This document shows positions 1 to 7,150 of a DNA stretch of 14,726 nt, one piece after another. This DNA comes from Pseudomonadota bacterium (GTDB lineage Bacteria > Desulfobacterota > Desulfobacteria > Desulfobacterales > RPRI01), in assembly GCA_043825875.1 (NCBI GenBank), contig JBDRRF010000050.1, positions 1 through 14,726 of the forward strand, in the 5' to 3' direction. The position numbers were made by a program, and so were the translations under genes. Within the stretch, counting starts at the first letter, position 1. Each line of letters opens with the position of its first letter. The notes beneath the pieces were generated by a model. It saw only the letters and a list, made by a program, of their open reading frames with translations. It did no database searches and was not told the origin of the DNA.

Positions 1-236
1 TCCTTATTCTCTTTAACAAATTCCTCAATCTCTTCAATCTCTTCTTCTGTTAATTGCTCTTTGTTTTGTATCTCAACAGATACATCATAGTCGCTGAACT
101 TTGGGTCTTGCTTTTCATACCTGAAAGCGATGACTATTTTACCATTGACTTCTAACGTAATTTTTTCTTCGGTCTCAAAATAAATAAACTCTTTTAATTC
201 ATAAGCGCTGGTATTAATACGACAATATACCGGAAT
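1..236 (-). pseudogene. Start-less open frame running off the window edge (acidic hypothetical protein fragment, possibly frameshifted)
   Basis: Manual translation of 236->3 gives 78 sense codons (IPVYCRINTSAYELKEFIYFETEEKITLEVNGKIVIAFRYEKQDPKFSDYDVSVEIQNKEQLTEEEIEEIEEFVKENK). It looks protein-like but has no ATG/GTG/TTG after the TAA at 239-237. An overlapping 34-aa ORF (298->194) lies in another frame. Confidence 0.35.
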
Positions 237-514
237 TTATCATGAAACAAAAAACGATTTTTCCCCTTTTTCATTATTTTAAACCGGATCGAGTTCATAA
301 GATTTTTCAATATTGTTCAGATTCAAGGAATGTGATAATTTCAAAAGTGTTATTATATTTAAGGTTAACAAAGTCGAAAAAAATATAATAGGCTTTGCTA
401 CTTAGCCTAAAGCACCTATGTCAGAGTTGTGCTTATTCATATCAGTTAAGTTATGTAGTTATATAATAAACAGACAGTATTTTTTATAGGTATATTTCTC
501 TTTACATACACAAA

Positions 515-536
515 TGTAGTTTATCAAGAAACTACA
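515..536. promoter_or_regulatory. Inverted repeat, candidate operator upstream of the ATPase/chemosensory cluster
   Basis: TGTAGTTT-ATCAAG-AAACTACA: perfect 8-bp arms with a 6-bp spacer, ending 26 bp before the ATG at 563. A half-site TGTAGTT recurs at 454-460. Confidence 0.45.
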
Positions 537-562
537 GTTTTAGATAAAGGAATTAGTTATAT

Positions 563-2956
563 ATGACCATCAACCCTTCAAAGGAAACCCAAATTAAAAA
601 TAAAATCAAAGAAGCCAAAATTTACTATTCCATGGGGATGCTTGGTGATGCTTTGCATATTTATGAGCAATTACTGTCAGACAATTCCTTTGCTGATTCA
701 ACAGAATTCAAACATATTCAAGAAAAAGTAACCCAGATAAAAAAAGAAGTTAATAACAGCAAAATAATCTCAACGCCCGATTTATCAGCACGTGATATTA
801 ACATAATTGAAAAAACGATAACAAATACAGGAAATATTAAAGATATTATTAATAATGCACTTGCTCTTAAAGAGCTCGGACTTGCGAAAAAGTCCTCTAT
901 AGAATTTGAAAAATTACTAAAATTCGATTGCTCAAAAGAAGGGTATACCCCGCTTATAATAATTACTGAAATACTTTTAAATCTACTTAAGGTTGAACCT
1001 TTTGATACAGTCCTTGACAAAGCAAATAAAACAATTAGTGAAAATAAACTTAAGCCCATAGATATATCTCAGATAAAATTATGGCTTGGTAAGGAACTGG
1101 CCAAAAAAGACCACAATGATATTGCAATTTCATTATTCAAGGAAGCAACAGATCTTGACCCTAATAATGCAGAAGCATCGAAAAAACTAAATGCCATGCT
1201 ATCTAATTCTTCCAATAATTCTAAATTTGATCTTCTTCTCAGCTCATCATTAGTTACTCAGGATCAGCTCCAAAAAGCTCTGGATCTTTCAAAAAAAACC
1301 GGTAAAAGCATCGAATCGGTTCTGATTGAAACTTTTAATATTGAGAAACAGGACATAGGCAAATCCCTTTCATTGTATTATAATTGTCCTTTTAAAAGTT
1401 TTGACCCATCGTTGCCGGTTCCTATAGAGCTTATAGGAAAACTAAAAAAATCTTTTCTTCTTCATTATACTTGGGTTCCGTTAACCTGGGAAAAGAGCTA
1501 TATAGAAATTCTTGTAGATGATCCGAAAGATCTCAGAAAAACAGATTATATAAAGGCTTTGATGGCAAATCAAAGTATAAAATTTTCTATAGGAATTAAA
1601 GAAGATATAATAAAATATATAGCGTATTTCTTTTCAGCAGAAAAATCTTCTGAAGCAATGGAATCAAACCTTGATAATCTTGATCTTCTTATACCTGAAT
1701 TTTCTTTTGAAGAAGAGGAAGAAGAAATTGATACAAGCAAAGATATCGATGAATCTTCCAGCCAGGTAGTAAGGCTTGTTGATCAGATCATTGTAACAGC
1801 TTACAGAAAAGAAGTCTCCGATATTCATTTTGAACCCTCCCCTATTACCAAAAAGGTCAGTGTCCGTTTTAGAATGGACGGCGTTTGCAATGAATACCTC
1901 CAGGTTCCAATTACAATGGCACCGGCTGTTATTTCAAGGCTGAAAATTATGGCCGGCCTTGATATTGCCGAAAGACGGCTCCCACAGGATGGAAAGATCA
2001 AAATGAACCGCAGAGGTATACCTACATTTGAGCTGCGCATGTCTACCATGCCCACTGCGGGCGGTTACGAAGATACGGTTTTAAGAATTCTTGCAAAAGC
2101 AGGCGCAATGAAGGTTGATGATATGGGCCTTAATGAACGCAATTTAAAAATTTTAAAAAAGATCATCAGCATGCCATACGGGCTTGTACTAGCTGTAGGC
2201 CCCACCGGTTCCGGCAAAACCACAACTCTTCATTCCGCTCTTGGCCACATTAATAAACCGGAAATAAAAATATGGACAGCAGAAGATCCTATTGAAATCA
2301 CTCAGCTAGGTTTGCGCCAAGTCGAAGTCAAGCCAAGAATAGGACTCGATTTTTCAAGGGTTATGCGCGGTTTTCTACGCCTTGATCCCGATGTTATCAT
2401 GATTGGTGAAATGAGGGACAAAGAAACAGCTTCGATAGGTATAGAAGCATCCTTAACAGGCCATCTTGTCTTTTCAACTCTTCACACAAACAGCGCTCCG
2501 GAAACTGTAACCAGGCTTCTTGATATGGGACTTAATCCTCTTAATTTTTCAGATGCATTCTTAGGTGTTCTAGCGCAAAGATTAACAAGAAGATTATGTG
2601 CAAAGTGCAAAAAAGCATTCAATCCCTCAAAAGATGAATTTTATGAATTAGTTACTGAATACGGAGAAGATAAGTTTGAAGCAACAGGTATAAAATATTC
2701 TTCCGATCTTGTTTTATATACACCGGCAGGATGTGAAGCCTGCTCTGGATCCGGGTATAAAGGAAGAATGGGAATACATGAACTTATGGAAGGCACACCC
2801 ACAACAAAGGGTCTTATAAAAAAAGCTGCAAATACGGAAGAACTTTTTACGCAGGCCTATAAAGATGGAATGACAACCTTAAAACAAGACGGAATAATTA
2901 AAGTCATTAAAGGAATGACGAGTATGGATGAAGTCCGAAGAGTCTGTATAAACTGA
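563..2956 (+). CDS. GspE/PilB-family secretion/pilus assembly ATPase with N-terminal TPR-like region and degenerate MshEN-like domain
   Basis: 797 aa. Walker A GPTGSGKT (aa 546), Asp box AEDPIE, Walker B LRLDPDVIMIGEMRD, His box GHLVFSTLHTN, Zn motif CAKC...CEAC, plus SDIHFEP and ERRLPQDG motifs. TPR-like helices in aa ~15-210. RBS AAGGA upstream. Confidence 0.93.
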   Translation: MTINPSKETQIKNKIKEAKIYYSMGMLGDALHIYEQLLSDNSFADSTEFKHIQEKVTQIKKEVNNSKIISTPDLSARDINIIEKTITNTGNIKDIINNALALKELGLAKKSSIEFEKLLKFDCSKEGYTPLIIITEILLNLLKVEPFDTVLDKANKTISENKLKPIDISQIKLWLGKELAKKDHNDIAISLFKEATDLDPNNAEASKKLNAMLSNSSNNSKFDLLLSSSLVTQDQLQKALDLSKKTGKSIESVLIETFNIEKQDIGKSLSLYYNCPFKSFDPSLPVPIELIGKLKKSFLLHYTWVPLTWEKSYIEILVDDPKDLRKTDYIKALMANQSIKFSIGIKEDIIKYIAYFFSAEKSSEAMESNLDNLDLLIPEFSFEEEEEEIDTSKDIDESSSQVVRLVDQIIVTAYRKEVSDIHFEPSPITKKVSVRFRMDGVCNEYLQVPITMAPAVISRLKIMAGLDIAERRLPQDGKIKMNRRGIPTFELRMSTMPTAGGYEDTVLRILAKAGAMKVDDMGLNERNLKILKKIISMPYGLVLAVGPTGSGKTTTLHSALGHINKPEIKIWTAEDPIEITQLGLRQVEVKPRIGLDFSRVMRGFLRLDPDVIMIGEMRDKETASIGIEASLTGHLVFSTLHTNSAPETVTRLLDMGLNPLNFSDAFLGVLAQRLTRRLCAKCKKAFNPSKDEFYELVTEYGEDKFEATGIKYSSDLVLYTPAGCEACSGSGYKGRMGIHELMEGTPTTKGLIKKAANTEELFTQAYKDGMTTLKQDGIIKVIKGMTSMDEVRRVCIN

Positions 2957-3024
2957 TCACAATAATCAACTATCCTATGCACCCTTTTTTGCCGGCAACT
3001 TAGGAATAATTTAAAGGAAACAAT

Positions 3025-3831
3025 ATGTCAAAAACCGCCCTTGTAGTTGATAATGATTTCTTTTTTGTCGAATTTCTATCAGAACTTCTTGAGAGTAGGG
3101 AATATAAAGTCATAAAAGCCTACGATGGGAAAGAAGGCATTACAAAAATTGAAGATGAAAATATAGATTTAATGTTTGCTGATATTGTAATGCCGAAAAT
3201 TGACGGAACAGAGCTGATAAAATTTGCACGAATGAAATATCCTGAGAATTGTTTTGCTATAGTAGCGGTTTCAGGCACAATAATAGAACGTATAGATACT
3301 CTTACCAGCATAGGTGCCGATTATTATATAGCTAAAGGCCCTATGGAAAAAATGGCGGTTAACATAAGTGAATTGATAGATAAAATTGAAAACAATACTT
3401 TTAATAAATCCGAAATCGCCGAAATAATCGAATCCGGGAATCTTTTCCCAAGAAGAGAAGCAGTTGATCTTTTAGATTCCATCAAGTTTCATAAAGCTAT
3501 AATAGAATGCGTTGGTTTCGGCATTGTAAATATTGACTTTGACACAAAAATTATTGGAATAAATTCATGCGCCATAGACATATTAAACAAGACCACCATT
3601 GAACTTTTAAACCGACCCGTTACCGATATTTTCTCTCCCGAAGACAAATCAAAATTTATTAACACAGTAAAAAATTTTGTTAAAAACAATGAATCTAACG
3701 AAACCTCATTTACTACTATTATTAATTCAAAAAAAATAAGAGTTGTAATCACGTTATTAAAAGTTGAAAATAAAGTTATAGGACTGATACTGGCTTTGGA
3801 GGATTGCGACAAATGGGAAGAACAAGCTTAA
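3025..3831 (+). CDS. Response regulator: receiver domain plus C-terminal PAS domain, no output domain
   Basis: REC: VVDND acidic pocket, D53 in FADIVMP, S83, K104. The C-terminus is PAS-like (IIECVGFGIVNIDFDTKIIGIN...ELLNRPVTDIF). RBS AAAGGA. Confidence 0.88.
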   Translation: MSKTALVVDNDFFFVEFLSELLESREYKVIKAYDGKEGITKIEDENIDLMFADIVMPKIDGTELIKFARMKYPENCFAIVAVSGTIIERIDTLTSIGADYYIAKGPMEKMAVNISELIDKIENNTFNKSEIAEIIESGNLFPRREAVDLLDSIKFHKAIIECVGFGIVNIDFDTKIIGINSCAIDILNKTTIELLNRPVTDIFSPEDKSKFINTVKNFVKNNESNETSFTTIINSKKIRVVITLLKVENKVIGLILALEDCDKWEEQA

Positions 3832-5126
3832 AAAACAAACTTATAATGTATTTTTTAATTCTGCTGTTGATTGTAATTGTCGTAATTGCAACAGTAAATC
3901 AGACCACAAATGATTTCTTTTTAGCTCAGGGGCTTTCGATTGCTCTTGCTATGGCTATTGGAACCGTGTTTGGAATTATTTTTTCGCGATCAATTACTTC
4001 GCGTTTAAATAAACTTAGCAATGCCGCCAAAGAAATTAGCTGCGGCGATTTAACACAAGAAATACAAATCATATCCAGCGATGAAATCCGGGATCTTGAA
4101 GAAGTATTTTCTTTAATGGTTAATCACCTTAGAGCGTTGCTTCTTGATATGAAAAATGTTTCTTATAAAATCCATACCACAAACTCAATGTTAAAAATAC
4201 TGGGGAAAAAGCTTTTAGAAAACAGTAATGATATAGATATCACAGCAAAAGTTATTGCGGAAAGTTCTGCCAAACAAACGGAAATTGTAAACTACACTAC
4301 TTTAAAGTTTAACAACACTATCAAGGTAATGGATAAGCTGGTCAAACAGTCAACCCAAACTATTTCAAAAGCAGATGACGCAATCAAAAAAACTCAAAAA
4401 GGGGAAATAAATGCACGTGAAATAATAAGTCATCTTGAGCTTGTACTTAAACAAATGAGTGACTCCGCTCAACCTATTTCGAGATTACCTGAAAAAGTAG
4501 AAAAAATAAAAATAGTGACAAATGTAATAGAAGGTATTTCCCAGAAAACAGATCTTCTGTCTCTCAATGCTTCAATCGAAGCAACAAGAGCCGGTGAATC
4601 CGGTAAAGGTTTTGCCATAGTTGCCGAAGAAATAAGAAATATGGCTGAAAGTTCAAAACAGTCATCAAAAGCTATTGCAAAGCTAGTTGAAGATATTCTG
4701 GAAGATAATCATATGCTTAAAAATTTCTTAGCCAAGAATCAGTCGGAAATTGATAAAGGAAATAAAATTATACACGGTATTCTTCAAACATTTAGTGATA
4801 TGCTTCTTGGTGTAAAAGATATATTTTCTGAAATAAAAACAATTGAAGAAACCACAGTTTTACAGGCCCAGGAACTTAGAAGTTTTTCGGAACATTTCCA
4901 AAAGCTTTCTGTTTATGCATCCAGAAACTATGAATCTACTCAAAAAACTACTGTTTCAGCAACTAACCAGAAAAATGAAGTTAAAAAAATGGCAAGCGCA
5001 ATAAATTTGCTGGACAAACTTTCTCAAAAGATGATGGAAACGCAACAGCATTTCATCCTTCCTGAACAGCCGCAACAAATGCCAATAAAGTCTAATAATG
5101 AAAATAAAGATGATAAACAGCTATGA
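3813..5126 (+). CDS. Methyl-accepting chemotaxis protein (2 TM, minimal periplasmic loop, HAMP, ~44-heptad signalling domain), DifA-like architecture
   Basis: Hairpin motif QKTDLLSLNASIEATRAGESGKGFAIVAEEIR and HAMP (GDLTQEI...DEIRDL). Two hydrophobic helices are separated only by NQTTND. ATG 3813 is preferred over TTG 3804 because GGAGG lies at 3798-3802. Confidence 0.93.
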   Translation: MGRTSLKNKLIMYFLILLLIVIVVIATVNQTTNDFFLAQGLSIALAMAIGTVFGIIFSRSITSRLNKLSNAAKEISCGDLTQEIQIISSDEIRDLEEVFSLMVNHLRALLLDMKNVSYKIHTTNSMLKILGKKLLENSNDIDITAKVIAESSAKQTEIVNYTTLKFNNTIKVMDKLVKQSTQTISKADDAIKKTQKGEINAREIISHLELVLKQMSDSAQPISRLPEKVEKIKIVTNVIEGISQKTDLLSLNASIEATRAGESGKGFAIVAEEIRNMAESSKQSSKAIAKLVEDILEDNHMLKNFLAKNQSEIDKGNKIIHGILQTFSDMLLGVKDIFSEIKTIEETTVLQAQELRSFSEHFQKLSVYASRNYESTQKTTVSATNQKNEVKKMASAINLLDKLSQKMMETQQHFILPEQPQQMPIKSNNENKDDKQL

Positions 5127-5539
5127 AATTATTTGTTTTTAAATCAAAAGATAAATATATTGGAATAGAATCCGAACATATTTACAGGATAATTGATGAT
5201 TATAAAGTAACACCGGTATGCCTTACTCCAAAATGCTATGCCGGCCTGATATTTTATAGAGGAGAACTTTTTGATGTAATAAATATCAAACTTCTTCTTG
5301 GAAGTTCAGAATACTCCGAAAATGCTTATGATGAATTAATACAAAACCAGCGTATAATTATTGTAAAATGGCACAATAAAAAGCTTGCTGTTATTCCGGA
5401 TGAAATAATCGGTATGATATGGATAGACGGCAACTTCGAAAGCTTAAGCATATATCAACACGAAGATAAAAATATAAATTTAATAACACCTGATTATATC
5501 TGGAAAAAATTATCAGAGCTTTCCTATGGATATCACTAA
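5123..5539 (+). CDS. cheW: CheW-family coupling protein
   Basis: 138 aa with a CheW-like pattern (YIGI...IYRII...VTPV...GLIFYRGELFDVINIKLLLG...IIIVK...LAVIPDEIIG). It lies between the MCP and CheA and has an ATGA overlap with the MCP stop. Confidence 0.85.
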   Translation: MKLFVFKSKDKYIGIESEHIYRIIDDYKVTPVCLTPKCYAGLIFYRGELFDVINIKLLLGSSEYSENAYDELIQNQRIIIVKWHNKKLAVIPDEIIGMIWIDGNFESLSIYQHEDKNINLITPDYIWKKLSELSYGYH

Positions 5540-7118
5540 ATATGAAAAGATATTTGCCCAGGAATCAGGCAAATATCTAAAAGAACTTGAAGATCTATTA
5601 ATGCAGGTCGAAAAGGATTTGTCAAACCTTGCTTTGTGGGCAGAGATTCATGGCAAAATCCATTCGATTAAAGGTATGGCAAGAGCTCTTAGTTTGAATA
5701 AAATTTCAGATTTATGCCATTTAATGGAAGATTGGAGTCTGACTTTTCAAAAGGGCACAATAAATAGTTCTCCCGATGCTGTACAAGCCCTTTTTGACAG
5801 CTCTGATTTTCTAAGATATCTTGTTTCAAAAAAAGGAAGTATTGACACCTTTGAAGATCAGGAATTGTATAGCAGTCTGATATCCAAATTTGAAAAAAAT
5901 CCTTCCGAACTTACTAAAACAGGATCGGCAACTCAGACAGATCAAACAACAAACCTTTATAAAACTTCTGCTTTAACTATAGATCATGTAAAAATAAAGT
6001 ATTCATTTATTGAGGAGCTTCTTGGATTAACACAGGAAATACAGCTTCTTGCTAAAAATTTTCCAACTTTTTCAGATAATCAGATGACATCAGGTCTTAA
6101 AAACTGGATTGATCATTATGCCACTTTAATGAAAGTTCTATATTTCAAGTTAACACAGCTTAGATTGATGAATGTCGGTGATTTTGCAGATCTATTTTTA
6201 AAAAGCATAAGAAACATAGCCAAAGAATCTAATAAAAGTGTTAATATTGAAATAATCGGCAGTGAAATACAGGCGGACATTACACTTCTTGAGCGTCTTC
6301 GTGAACCAATGATACATATTTTCAGAAACTGCATCGCTCATGGTATTGAACCGGCAGAAGAGCGAACCAATATAGGAAAACCTGCAAACGGTAAAATTAC
6401 AATTGAAACAAAAAGTGAAAAAGAGAATTTATTCATCAAAATCCGCGATGATGGACGCGGTATAAACAAGTCTTCTATCATTCAATATCTCAAAGAAAAG
6501 CAATCAATGGATGATGAAGATATTGGCAGAATGTCTGAAGAAGAACTCTACAATACTATTTTAAGTCCGGAATTTTCTTCATCTGCCAAAACAACGGAAT
6601 TATCCGGCAGAGGTATTGGCATGAATGTAGTTGCTCAGTCAATCGATTACCTGGGGGGCTCTTTATCCATATCTTCGGAAATTGGAAAGGGAACAGAGTT
6701 TACTATCAAATTACCGCTGTCACTCTCAATCATTTATGCAATTGTATTTTCAATAGGAAAATATAACCTGGCGGTCCCCACCCTATATGTCGAATCAATA
6801 AGCAACATAGATGCATCTTCTGACGAAGATATTACATCTTATTATGACATTAAAAAATATATCGGAGCAACAGATAACGAAAAGAGTCCCTTTAATGTTT
6901 TAAATTTAAAATACTTCAACAGTCAGTCAGCTATTATTGGCAATAAACCCAATTTGCGTTTTCTGGTGGATAATATAATCGGAAACCGGCCTCTTATGGT
7001 ATTGCCTACAGGAGAGCTTTTATCAAGTATAAAACTTTTTTCCGGAATAGGTATCATGGAAAACGGAGATATCGCCCTGCTTCTTGACATAGAGAATCTT
7101 CCACCGCAAAAGCATTAA
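5526..7118 (+). CDS. cheA: CheA-family histidine kinase (HPT, dimerisation, HATPase, CheW-like P5; no P2)
   Basis: HPT H46 in HSIKG, N box HIFRNCIAHGIE, G1 DDGRGI, G2 SGRGIGM, GKGTEFTIKLPLSLSI, and a C-terminal CheW-like region ending FSGIGIMENGDIALLLDI. 14-bp overlap with cheW. Confidence 0.93.
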   Translation: MDITKYEKIFAQESGKYLKELEDLLMQVEKDLSNLALWAEIHGKIHSIKGMARALSLNKISDLCHLMEDWSLTFQKGTINSSPDAVQALFDSSDFLRYLVSKKGSIDTFEDQELYSSLISKFEKNPSELTKTGSATQTDQTTNLYKTSALTIDHVKIKYSFIEELLGLTQEIQLLAKNFPTFSDNQMTSGLKNWIDHYATLMKVLYFKLTQLRLMNVGDFADLFLKSIRNIAKESNKSVNIEIIGSEIQADITLLERLREPMIHIFRNCIAHGIEPAEERTNIGKPANGKITIETKSEKENLFIKIRDDGRGINKSSIIQYLKEKQSMDDEDIGRMSEEELYNTILSPEFSSSAKTTELSGRGIGMNVVAQSIDYLGGSLSISSEIGKGTEFTIKLPLSLSIIYAIVFSIGKYNLAVPTLYVESISNIDASSDEDITSYYDIKKYIGATDNEKSPFNVLNLKYFNSQSAIIGNKPNLRFLVDNIIGNRPLMVLPTGELLSSIKLFSGIGIMENGDIALLLDIENLPPQKH

Positions 7119-7150
7119 AGCCAATCGAACTTTAATAAAGTATGCCGGAT

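Noticed and set aside
389..409. TAGGCT-N9-AGCCTA inverted repeat
   Set aside because: 6-bp arms are expected by chance and there is no supporting context.
2973..3005. TTGCCGGCAA palindrome (2989-2998) and TCCTA/TAGGA arms as a terminator after the ATPase
   Set aside because: The stem is short, and the T-run precedes rather than follows it on the + strand; not convincing.
3804..3812. TTG start for the MCP
   Set aside because: GGAGG is only 1 nt from the TTG but 10 nt from ATG 3813.
718..6334. Minus-strand ORFs 718-1059, 1825-2055, 3120-3311, 3489-3812, 6116-6334
   Set aside because: They lie wholly antisense to well-supported genes and have no recognisable motifs; shadow ORFs.
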